28,042 bases of DNA from Macrostomum lignano (taxonomy: Eukaryota). The first letter of the stretch is position 1, and every line of letters starts with the position of its first letter. A model generated the notes under the pieces. It did no database searches, had not been told where the DNA came from, and saw only the letters and a program-made list of their open reading frames with translations. The stretch is from NCBI GenBank assembly GCA_002269645.1, contig NIVC01005039.1, positions 1 to 28,042 on the forward strand. The letters are read 5' to 3'. Made by a program: the position numbers and the translations under genes. Shown in pieces: positions 1-11,582 of the stretch.

Positions 1-346
1 CATGTTTATCGCTTTTTCTTGCCAAGCTTCAAGAAACTTTTCGCTATTATATTTGTACGAGCGTAGAATAAAGCCAATTGTGTCCTGAACTCGTGTAGAA
101 ACTTTTCAACTCTTTACCTTTTCAACTTCTCAGATGTCATTTCTGTTTTTTTGCCGACACTCCATAAGGAGGGCGACAATTTTATGATGCCGATTCTGTC
201 ATTGAAGAAAAAACCGTCACAACTTTATCCTCTATTTAATGAGAGCCCCAATCGAGACAGCTTCCTACTAGCTATTTAGCCGTGGGAAAACGGTACTCAG
301 TTGGAAAGCATTCAATACTTCAAATTTCCTACAGCAAAATGTTCCC

Positions 347-1186
347 ATGTTCAACTCCGTGCGATTGTTCCCCTGCTGCTGCCGCTGCTGCTGCTGACTC
401 GGCCCGCGACCTGCTGCAGGCAGCGAGTCGCCTTCCACCCGATCCTCACCTCGAACTGCGTGTCCCCAGCTCACTACCAGCTGCTCGACTTTGACATCGC
501 GGCCTGTGCGCTTCGCTGCGGAGCGGCTCCGAGATGCAGAGCCTTCGCCATGGAGGCTGCGGCCGCCTCGGACCGGCAGCTCTGCCTGCTGTTCGCCTTC
601 GATGCCTGCAGCTCGCAGCTGCTGCTCGATCCCGGCTCGTGGAGCGGCGGCTGCCTCAGCAGGAGGCTTCGAGTCTTCGTCAAGCAGTCGGAGGGTCTCG
701 AGCCGGGCCGACTCTGTCCCGTCGACTATCGCTGGGTGCCTGGCGTCAGCGGCAGCCCGCTTCAAGGGTTCGCTGTACAAGGCTGCTGGGAGCGGGCAGG
801 TGGCCGACTGGAGCGCTCAGGCCGTCAGCTGCCGGAGCTTCCTGACCACCTCGGACAGGTCCGCCATGCCGCTGACGAAGCTCGCCCACCTGAGCAGCGT
901 CGAGGAGCTCCAGGATGTGAGGGCGTCAATTGGCCTGACTGGCAGCCAAAGGATCTGGGTGGGCGCCTCGATTCTTGGCAACGGCAGCTGGGCGTGGGCG
1001 GACTGCGGCTGGCCGCTGCCGCTGCTGGACGTTGACAGCGGCGGATTGTGGAAGTCTGGCAAGCCGAACTCCAAGGATGACGTTAGATTTCGTGGCAGAA
1101 TTTCGGACTCTGCGTTGACCGACTTTGATTATGCAGACCCCTTTCGCGGAGCTTGTGAATGCCTTGATCCATTCATCGAACTTTGA
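347..1186 (+). pseudogene. Secreted PAN/apple + C-type lectin-like (CTLD) protein, copy A; frameshifted as assembled
   Basis: Frame 301 gives a Leu-rich signal (LLLPLLLLTRPATC) and PAN-type cysteines (CALRCGAAPRCRAF...LCLLF). An extra C at 756-758 (ggcagcccgc vs ggcagccgc in B and C) shifts into frame 491, which carries CTLD motifs (WSAQAVSC, LAHLSSVEE, IWVGA, WAWAD, LWKSGKPN, GACEC) to the stop at 1186. There is no in-frame ATG before the signal; ATG 347 joins only if one C is added in the run at 370-373. Confidence 0.8.
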
Positions 1187-1700
1187 AACATTTTGCGTAA
1201 ACTGCGTTGCAAAATGAATTTTTTTGTAGTGTGTGGTACGCAGGATGAATGAGAAACTTGTATCGCGTGAAAATGGACCTATTATTACTTGGTACTCCTA
1301 ATTATAAACCAGTGCAATTAAACCTGATTAGAATGGCAGAACATGAAGAGTTCCTATCTACGCCCGTAGTTAATTTTGTGAGCTTTTTCTTTGTGGCTTT
1401 TGCTTTTAAAAATGCCCAATTTTCCCTGCAATTTTTATCTATAATTAAAACCGTAATCATCTTTCTAGCAGTTGATATTTTTATGTCCCGGAAGTTTCCA
1501 CCAACCACTTTATTAAACCGAAGTTGTTTCAACTAATTGAAAGCAATAAATACTATTTTGTTGGAGCTCTGTAAGAGCGGGTCTAAATTGTAACTTAATA
1601 TACCGTTTTTGCAATTGTTTTGTTGCTTCTTTCTAGTACAAAGGGGTTGTTAAATGCAAAATGTTCTGGACTGTGTTTACTCTCAGTCAGTTTACTCTCA

Positions 1701-1870
1701 GGGGGTGTGGCCTAGTGGTTTGAGCGTCGGACTCACGACACTGGAAGGTCGGGGGTTCGATTCTCGACCCAGTCGGAACAATTTGTGTCCTTCAGCAAGA
1801 CACTTAACTCTGCATTGCTTCAGTTCACTCAGCTGTAAAATGGGTGCCAGCATTAGCTGGGGTAACTGAG
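1701..1870 (+). mobile_element. tRNA-derived SINE with CORE (MIR-like) central domain; 3' end uncertain, may extend to ~2000
   Basis: Pol III A box TGGCCTAGTGG at 1708-1718 and B box GGTTCGATTC at 1754-1763. These are followed by TGTGTCCTTCAGCAAGACACTTAACTCTGCATTGCTTCAGTTCACTCAGCTGTAAAATGGG (1784-1844), which resembles the recalled MIR core TGTGACCTTGGGCAAGTCACTTAACCTCTCTGAGCCTCAGTTTCCTCATCTGTAAAATGGG. Confidence 0.75.
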
Positions 1871-2239
1871 GGTGTGTGTGGCGACCCCCCAGTCCTTGGA
1901 CTGAACAGCCGTACGCAGTCTTCAGATGCGCCCCGCAGTAGCTGCGGCTGAGCTGTCGGTTGCACATCTGTGCCTATCATCTGTGCACACCATTTGCTTA
2001 ACTCTTAATGCATATGAATAGTATATTGTTTGAGTTCGCGGCGCTTCTGCAGCGTCGCCACGTGCTTACCTACGACTGCCTTTAGTCCTTTAGAAGCAGT
2101 GAGGTTTTTCACCCTGTATGACACAACTTTTTTTCAAAGACCCTGACATGGTATTTTTGTAGTTGTGTTGAGTTGCATTAATTGTTGGTTAAGTTTATTG
2201 AGTGCAAAACTTAATACTTGCGTTCAACCTAATTGAATC

Positions 2240-2287
2240 CAGGGACTACTTAAACTAGTACTAGTAAACTAGTTTAAGTAGTCCCCG
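2240..2287. mobile_element. 48-bp hairpin micro-element with 8-bp TSD (hAT-like)
   Basis: Arms cagggactacttaaactagt (2240-2259) and actagtttaagtagtccccg (2268-2287) pair at 19/20 positions. Flanked by the direct repeat attgaatc at 2232-2239 and 2288-2295. Confidence 0.75.
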
Positions 2288-2714
2288 ATTGAATCTAAGT
2301 TAATATAAGCGTTGACGGAACAATTAGTTAACAGGAATTCAATCACACGAACGGAGCGAATGAAATACTTAACGTACATGTACATGTAGATATAACTAAC
2401 AGCTTAAACGAGCGATAGGTAATATTTTTGAGAATATATTGAGTGATTGAAAATACATGTAAGTCGAATAAACATATTCATGTAAACTGCAGATCCACGG
2501 GTTGAAAAATGTGTATTACTGAGAATGCTATGAAACTATAGGTATAAACTAAAAGCTAGAAAAAACATAGAAAGCTGAAAATTGCATTGAGTACATTTAT
2601 AGACATCATGAAACACACACGACACGGCAAAGAAATCGGAGGAGAGTTATCATATTAATATAGTTATCATTAGTTATAGTATGCGGTAAATGACTAATAT
2701 AAAACACCCCGTTT

Positions 2715-4016
2715 CGAGTGGTTGTCAGGAAAGTTCTGTGTATTAGAGAATAGCTCAGCTCTATGAACAAATGAAGAGTTGGGGTTTTAGCCATAGACAT
2801 ATACATATATAAAGAGTCGCTAGCTTCAGTTTTAGAGCACCAGATCATTTCTAGCCTGTGTTAGCAGTAATTTTTCAACCACACCCATGGCGCATTCCGT
2901 CCCGCGAGAGAGTTTTTCTAAACGCGACAATCGAGCGATCATCAAGTTTCATGTCCTTCAGGGGCGTACAGCAACCGAGATTTTTGAAGAAATGCGGCAG
3001 ACCATAGGAGACCATAGCAACGGCAAAGAAGACCTCGACGACAAGCCACGCAGTGGACGACCAACGAGTGCTCGGACTGACAGCCTGGTGAGTCAGGTGG
3101 AGGCAGCCGTGCTGCAGGACCGGAGACTGACCACCAGGCAGCTGGCTGATGCCACAGGGGTGTCCCACGACTCAGTCCACAAGATCCTGACCGAGGACCT
3201 TGGGATGCGCAAGGTCTGTGCCAAGTGGGTGCCGCATCTGCTCACTGACGATCAGCGGGCTCGGCGGGTCGCCATGTGCGCATCCAACCTGCAGCGGTGT
3301 CGGCGGGAGGGCATGGCGTTCCTGCAAAGGATCGTTGCCTGCGACGAAACCTGGGCGCATTTTTGGGAGGCGGAGTTGAAGCGGCAGAGTGCCACATGGT
3401 GCAGGCCAGGTTCTCCGCGACCTCAAAAGGCCATCCGGAGCATCGGCCAGCTGAAGGTCATGCACGTGACTTTCTTCGACCGGGAGGGTCTGTTGTTCGA
3501 TCAGCCTGTGCCAGTGGGGCAGACGGTCAATGGTGATTTCTACCTGTGGGTTCTGGTGAAAGGTCGGCGTGCCATTCGGGACAAAAGGCCTGCACTTCAC
3601 GCGGCTGGCCCGATTCTGCTTCACGACAACGCAGCCCCGCACCGAAAGCAAAGCGTGCTGGCTACGATCGAGTCGTGGGGGTGGGAAATTCTTCCGCATC
3701 CGCCTTATTCCCCGGACTTAAGTCCATGCGACTTTTTCCTCTTCCCTCGCATCAAGCAGTCGATGGGGGGCCAGCGTTTCAGTGCAGAGAAAGACGTGAA
3801 TCGGGCCTAACAAGGCTGGCATTGCCGCCGTGACGAACAATGGCATGACTACAGGCATTGACGGGCTGGTGCGGCGTTGGGAGAAGTGCATTGAAGCTGA
3901 GGGCTCATACTTTGAGTGAATAGATGTTAAGGAAGACATTTGTAACTTTTAATGTTTCTGCTGATTATCGTTCTCAAGTTATTACAATATACACAGAACT
4001 TTTCTGACAACCCTCA
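2715..4016 (+). mobile_element. Tc1/mariner DNA transposon (mariner, DD34D), ~1.3 kb
   Basis: Imperfect ~28-bp TIRs: cgagtggttgtcaggaaagttctgtgtat (2715-2743) and atacacagaacttttctgacaaccctca (3989-4016). TA at 4017-4018; the left flank reads TT. Contains a transposase ORF. Confidence 0.93.
2887..3919 (+). pseudogene. Mariner transposase, frameshifted near the C-terminus
   Basis: Motifs PRSGRP, WVPHLL, CDETW, HDNAAPH and HPPYSPDLSPCDF, with 34 residues between the 2nd and 3rd catalytic Asp. The ORF stops at 3810, but the +1 frame continues ...GIDGLVRRWEKCIEAEGSYFE* to 3919. Confidence 0.92.
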
Positions 4017-4882
4017 TAAAATAAGCACTATTCCGAGTATACTAGCATCTGACAACAAAGGGCGCTCCGACCGGTAGGTCTGGGATTTTAATACGCTCGT
4101 GTGATATTTTGCAGTTTAAAATTTACTGTAAAACTTGGGGAACCTGGCTATAATCCTCAACTTTTTCCTGTTGATTTATGTTACCTTGGTTACCGCGCCC
4201 ACTTCAGGCACACGATATTGGGTGCATTCTTCCCCGTATTCCGCATCTGGCCCTTGCACCACCTCCCAATATAGCTATAATTCTCTTCTGAGCTTCAATT
4301 GACGGGTCCAAAACTAAACAAGCTGCCGCAATTGCAATGTCCTTGATCAGTGGTCCTTGATTTATTTATCCTTGAACTTGACCAAGCTCCCTTGAATCAA
4401 ACGGGGAAAAAGTGAGATATTCTTACTGTGCTGCCTTGACGCTCTCTCGTACTGCTTCAGCTTAAAAGAGATGATGCAAATTCAGCGCATAGATCTAGAG
4501 TTCGTTTTTTAGCGACATTCAGCCGCTCATGCCTTTGCGGGTGCCTGCAACTGCATACATGTAGCTTATTCTAGCCACCATTTTTAGACCCATTATCTCT
4601 GAACTGCAGTAGAATATCCGGTAGCTATACAGCCTCGAATGTCAATAAAAATCACAATTCGCTAAAAGCATGCAGGTGAAATGATCAACACAAGCGATAT
4701 GTAGCTATACATGTATTCTCTGAGATATAGATGGTTGTCAGTCAACGCATAAAAGCTTTCTTGAAGCGAAATTTACATTTCTGTTCATTTTTCCAAATTT
4801 TTGTTGTCAATAGTGATAGAAGTTAGAGTTGGAGGTTTTTCGGAGTTCAAGTCATCGGTCCTATGCATCTATAATTTCAGAG

Positions 4883-7800
4883 AATCGGTCCAATATGACA
4901 AATTTCTAAGAATCGGTCCAATATGACAAATTTCTAAGAATCGGTCCAATATGACAAATTTCTAAGAATCGGTCCAATATGACAAATTTCTAAGAATCGG
5001 TCCAATATGACAAATTTCTAAGAATCGGTCCAATATGACAAATTTCTAAGAATCGGTGTTATATAGCAGCTTTCTAAGAATCGGTCCTATGTAGCAACTT
5101 TCTAAGAATCGGTCCTATATAGAAACTATCTAAGAATCGGTATTATGTAGCAACTTTCTAAGAATCGGTCCTATGTAGCAACTTTCTTAGAATCGGTCTT
5201 ATATAGAAACTTTCTAAGAATCGGTCCTATGTAGCAACTTTCTAAGAATCGGTCCTATATAGAAACTTTCTAAGAATCGGTCCTATGTAGCAACTTTCTA
5301 AAAATCGATCCTATATAGAAACTTTCTAAGAATCGGTCCTATGTAGCAACTTTCTAAGAATCGGTCCTATGTAGCAACTTTCTAAAAATCGGTCCTATAT
5401 AGAAACTTTCTAAGAATCGGTCCTATGTAGCAACTTTCTAAAAATCGGTCCTATGTAGCAACTTTCTAAGAATCGGTCCTATATAGAAACTTTCTAAGAA
5501 TCGGTCCTATGTAGCAACTTTCTAAAAATCGGTCCTATATAGAAACTTTCTAAGAATCGGTCCTATGTAGCAACTTTCTTAGAATCGGTCTTATATAGAA
5601 ACTTTCTAAGAATCGGTCCTATGTAGCAACTTTCTTAGAATCGGTCCTATATAGAAACTTTCTAAGAATCGGTCCTATGTAGCAACTTTCTAAGAATCGG
5701 TCCTATATAGAAACTTTCTAAGAATCGGTTCTATGTAGCAACTTTCTAAGAATCGGTCTTATATAGAAACTTTCTAAGAATCGGTCCTATGTAGCAACTT
5801 TCTTAGAATCGGTCCTATATAGAAACTTTCTAAGAATCGGTTCTATGTAGCAACTTTCTTAGAATCGGTCTTATATAGAAACTTTCTAAGAATCGGTCCT
5901 ATGTAGCAACTTTCTAGAATCGGTCCTATATAGAAACTTTCTAAGAATCGGTCCTATGTAGCAACTTTCTAAGAATCGGTCCTATATAGAAACTTTCTAA
6001 GAATCGGTCCTATGTAGCAACTTTCTAAGAATCGGTCCTATATAGAAACTTTCTAAGAATCGGTCCTATGTAGCAACTTTCTAAGAATCGGTCCTATGTA
6101 GCAACTTTCTAAGAATCGGTCCTATATAGAAACTTTCTAAGAATCGGTCCTATGTAGCAACTTTCTAAGAATCGGTCCTATATAGAAACTTTCTAAGAAT
6201 CGGTCCTATGTAGCAACTTTCTAAGAATCGGTCCTATGTAGCAACTTTCTAAAATCGGTCCTATATAGAAACTTTCTAAGAATCGGTCCTATGTAGCAAC
6301 TTTCTAAAATCGGTCCTATGTAGCAACTTTCTAAGAATCGGTCCTATATAGAAACTTTCTAAGAATCGGTCCTATGTAGCAACTTTCTAAAAATCGGTCC
6401 TATATAGAAACTTTCTAAGAATCGGTCCTATGTAGCAACTTTCTAGAATCGGTCCTATATAGAAACTTTCTAAGAATCGGTCCTATGTAGCAACTTTCTA
6501 GAATCGGTCCTATATAGAAACTTTCTAAGAATCGGTCCTATGTAGCAACTTTCTAAGAATCGGTCCTATATAGAAACTTTCTAAGAATCGGTTCTATGTA
6601 GCAACTTTCTAAGAATCGGTCTTATATAGAAACTTTCTAAGAATCGGTCCTATGTAGCAACTTTCTTAGAATCGGTCCTATATAGAAACTTTCTAAGAAT
6701 CGGTTCTATGTAGCAACTTTCTTAGAATCGGTCTATATAGAAACTTTCTAAGAATCGGTCCTATGTAGCAACTTTCTAGAATCGGTCCTATATAGAAACT
6801 TTCTAAGAATCGGTCCTATGTAGCAACTTTCTAAGAATCGGTCCTATGTAGCAACTTTCTAAGAATCGGTCCTATATAGAAACTTTCTAAGAATCGGTCC
6901 TATGTAGCAACTTTCTAAGAATCGGTCCTATATAGAAACTTTCTAAGAATCGGTCCTATGTAGCAACTTTCTAAGAATCGGTCCTATATAGAAACTTTCT
7001 AAGAATCGGTCCTATGTAGCAACTTTCTAAGAATCGGTCCTATGTAGCAACTTTCTAAGAATCGGTCCTATATAGAAACTTTCTAAGAATCGGTCCTATG
7101 TAGCAACTTTCTAAGAATCGGTCCTATGTAGCAACTTTCTAAGAATCGGTCCTATGTAGCAACTTTCTTAGAATCGGTCTTATATAGAAACTTTCTAAGA
7201 ATCGGTCCTATGTAGCAACTTTCTTAGAATCGGTCCTATATAGAAACTTTCTAAGAATCGGTCCTATGTAGCAACTTTCTAAGAATCGGTCCTATATAGA
7301 AACTTTCTAAGAATCGGTCTATGTAGCAACTTTCTAAGAATCGGTCTTATATAGAAACTTTCTAAGAATCGGTCCTATGTAGCAACTTTCTTAGAATCGG
7401 TCCTATATAGAAACTTTCTAAGAATCGGTTCTATGTAGCAACTTTCTTAGAATCGGTCTTATATAGAAACTTTCTAAGAATCGGTCCTATGTAGCAACTT
7501 TCTTAGAATCGGTCCTATATAGAAACTTTCTAAGAATCGGTCCTATGTAGCAACTTTCTAAGAATCGGTCCTATATAGAAACTTTCTAAGAATCGGTCCT
7601 ATGTAGCAACTTTCTAAGAATCGGTCCTATGTAGCAACTTTCTAAGAATCGGTCCTATATAGAAACTTTCTAAGAATCGGTCCTATGTAGCAACTTTCTA
7701 AAATCGGTCCTATGTAGCAACTTTCTAAGAATCGGTCCTATATAGAAACTTTCTAAGAATCGGTCCTATGTAGCAACTTTCTAAAATCGGTCCTATATAG

Positions 7801-10800
7801 AAACTTTCTAAGAATCGGTCCTATGTAGCAACTTTCTAGAATCGGTCCTATATAGAAACTTTCTAAGAATCGGTCCTATGTAGCAACTTTCTAGAATCGG
7901 TCCTATATAGAAACTTTCTAAGAATCGGTCCTATGTAGCAACTTTCTAAGAATCGGTCCTATATAGAAACTTTCTAAGAATCGGTCCTATGTAGCAACTT
8001 TCTAAGAATCGGTCTATATAGAAACTTTCTAAGAATCGGTCCTATGTAGCAACTTTCTTAGAATCGGTCCTATATAGAAACTTTCTAAGAATCGGTCTAT
8101 GTAGCAACTTTCTTAGAATCGGTCTATATAGAAACTTTCTAAGAATCGGTCCTATGTAGCAACTTTCTTAGAATCGGTCCTATATAGAAACTTTCTAAGA
8201 ATCGGTCCTATGTAGCAACTTTCTAAGAATCGGTCCTATGTAGCAACTTTCTAAGAATCGGTCCTATATAGAAACTTTCTAAGAATCGGTCCTATGTAGC
8301 AACTTTCTAAGAATCGGTCCTATATAGAAACTTTCTAAGAATCGGTCCTATGTAGCAACTTTCTAAGAATCGGTCCTATATAGAAACTTTCTAAGAATCG
8401 GTCCTATGTAGCAACTTTCTAAGAATCGGTCCTATGTAGCAACTTTCTAAGAATCGGTCCTATATAGAAACTTTCTAAGAATCGGTCCTATGTAGCAACT
8501 TTCTAAGAATCGGTCCTATGTAGCAACTTTCTAAGAATCGGTCCTATGTAGCAACTTTCTAGAATCGGTCCTATATAGAAACTTTCTAAGAATCGGTCCT
8601 ATGTAGCAACTTTCTAGAATCGGTCCTATATAGAAACTTTCTAAGAATCGGTCCTATGTAGCAACTTTCTAAGAATCGGTCCTATATAGAAACTTTCTAA
8701 GAATCGGTCTATGTAGCAACTTTCTAAGAATCGGTCCTATATAGAAACTTTCTAAGAATCGGTCCTATGTAGCAACTTTCTAGAATCGGTCCTATATAGA
8801 AACTTTCTAAGAATCGGTCCTATGTAGCAACTTTCTAGAATCGGTCCTATATAGAAACTTTCTAAGAATCGGTCCTATGTAGCAACTTTCTAGAATCGGT
8901 CCTATATAGAAACTTTCTAAGAATCGGTCCTATGTAGCAACTTTCTAAGAATCGGTCCTATATAGAAACTTTCTAAGAATCGGTCCTATGTAGCAACTTT
9001 CTAAGAATCGGTCCTATATAGAAACTTTCTAAGAATCGGTCCTATGTAGCAACTTTCTAAGAATCGGTCCTATGTAGCAACTTTCTAAGAATCGGTCCTA
9101 TATAGAAACTTTCTAAGAATCGGTCCTATGTAGCAACTTTCTAAGAATCGGTCCTATATAGAAACTTTCTAAGAATCGGTCCTATGTAGCAACTTTCTAA
9201 GAATCGGTCCTATGTAGCAACTTTCTAAAAATCGGTCCTATATAGAAACTTTCTAAGAATCGGTCCTATGTAGCAACTTTCTAAGAATCGGTCCTATGTA
9301 GCAACTTTCTAAGAATCGGTCCTATATAGAAACTTTCTAAGAATCGGTCCTATGTAGCAACTTTCTAAATCGGTCCTATATAGAAACTTTCTAAGAATCG
9401 GTCCTATGTAGCAACTTTCTTAGAATCGGTCCTATATAGAAACTTTCTAAGAATCGGTCCTATGTAGCAACTTTCTAAGAATCGGTCCTATATAGAAACT
9501 TTCTAAGAATCGGTCCTATGTAGCAACTTTCTAAGAATCGGTCCTATATAGAAACTTTCTAAGAATCGGTCCTATGTAGCAACTTTCTAAGAATCGGTCC
9601 TATATAGAAACTTTCTAAGAATCGGTCCTATGTAGCAACTTTCTTAGAATCGGTCCTATATAGAAACTTTCTAAGAATCGGTCCTATGTAGCAACTTTCT
9701 TAGAATCGGTCCTATATAGAAACTTTCTAAGAATCGGTCCTATGTAGCAACTTTCTTAGAATCGGTCCTATATAGAAACTTTCTAAGAATCGGTCCTATG
9801 TAGCAACTTTCTAAGAATCGGTCCTATATAGAAACTTTCTAAGAATCGGTCCTATGTAGCAACTTTCTAAGAATCGGTCCTATATAGAACTTTCTAAGAA
9901 TCGGTCCTATGTAGCAACTTTCTAAGAATCGGTCCTATGTAGCAACTTTCTAAGAATCGGTCCTATGTAGCAACTTTCTAAGAATCGGTCCTATGTAGCA
10001 ACTTTCTAAGAATCGGTCCTATGTAGCAACTTTCTAAGAATCGGTCCTATGTAGCAACTTTCTAAGAATCGGTCCTATATAGAAACTTTCTAAGAATCGG
10101 TCCTATGTAGCAACTTTCTAAGAATCGGTCCTATATAGAAACTTTCTAAGAATCGGTCCTATGTAGCAACTTTCTAAGAATCGGTCCTATATAGAAACTT
10201 TCTAAGAATCGGTCCTATGTAGCAACTTTCTAAGAATCGGTCCTATATAGAAACTTTCTAAGAATCGGTCCTATGTAGCAACTTTCTAAGAATCGGTCCT
10301 ATGTAGCAACTTTCTAAGAATCGGTCCTATGTAGCAACTTTCTAAGAATCGGTCCTATGTAGCAACTTTCTAAGAATCGGTCCTATGTAGCAACTTTCTA
10401 AGAATCGGTCCTATATAGCAACTTTCTAAGAATCGGTCCTATATAGAACTTTCTAAGAATCGGTCCTATATAGCAACTTTCTAAGAATCGGTCCTATATA
10501 GAAACTTTCTAAGAATCGGTCCTATATAGAAACTTTCTAAGAATCGGTCCTATGTAGCAACTTTCTAAGAATCGGTCCTATATAGAAACTTTCTAAGAAT
10601 CGGTCCTATATAGCAACTTTCTAAGAATCGGTCCTATAGCTTTCTAAGAATCGGTCCTATATAGAAACTTTCTAAGAATCGGTCCTATATAGCAGCTTTC
10701 TAAGAATCGGTCCTATATAGAAACTTTCTAAGAATCGGTCCTATATAGAAACTTTCTAAAAATCGGTCCTATATAGAAACTTTCTAAGAATCGGTCCTAT

Positions 10801-10968
10801 ATAGCAACTTTCTAAGAATCGGTCCTATATAGAAACTTTCTAAAAATCGGTCCTATATAGAAACTTTCTAAAAATCGGTCCTATATAGAAACTTTCTAAA
10901 AATCGGTCCTATATAGAAACTTTCTAAAAATCGGTCCTATATAGAAACTTTCTAAAAATCGGTCCTAT
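4883..10968. repeat. Satellite array of 28-bp units, ~217 copies
   Basis: Main units are AATCGGTCCTATGTAGCAACTTTCTAAG and AATCGGTCCTATATAGAAACTTTCTAAG, mostly alternating. Six divergent units (AATCGGTCCAATATGACAAATTTCTAAG) lie at 4883-5050. Confidence 0.98.
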
Positions 10969-11582
10969 TATACTAACATTAATTTCCAAGAATCGTCCCA
11001 ATGCAAAGTTTTTTATAGCTACGAGCTAAAAAATGCAAAGATTCGCTTCTGACAAAGAAAACTAATGAATTTGCACCTTTAACTAACCAATTCTCAATCC
11101 TCAACTATAAACAGTATAAAGTCTTTGCTCTTTTGGCAATCCGAATCTATTAATAATACAATAGTTTTGGTTGAAATTGCGCGTACTTTCGAAAAACTTA
11201 TGACAGCTTGTACTCTCTTGATTGTATTGTCAACATGCAAGCGCTCAAGTTCTCAACAGCTACACAAACCTACGCTCGTACATTGCAATTTACATGCAGT
11301 AATTATAATTAAACTTCTGAATCTTGCGTAAAGTACATTTTTTACTAATATACGTTCTCTTGGAAACTCCGCACTTATCTAATTTCGATTCTCAAGGGTA
11401 TTCTAAATACACAGTTAGTGATACAACAAATAGGTTCTTTACCTTATTTACTTAATTAGCTCATTTCTAAGAAGTTCCAGTGCAGCGTTCCTTTACTGTA
11501 GTTGTCTCACGATTTACATGTAAGTTCAGCATTACAATCTGTTTATGCACATGAGAAAAGCATAACGTGTTCTTGCATTGCG

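Noticed and set aside
1701-1772. Functional tRNA gene
   Set aside because: The anticodon and acceptor stems pair poorly, and the sequence runs directly into a SINE core.
4883-10968. CRISPR-like array
   Set aside because: The 28-bp units are contiguous with no unique spacers, there are no cas genes, and the context is eukaryotic.
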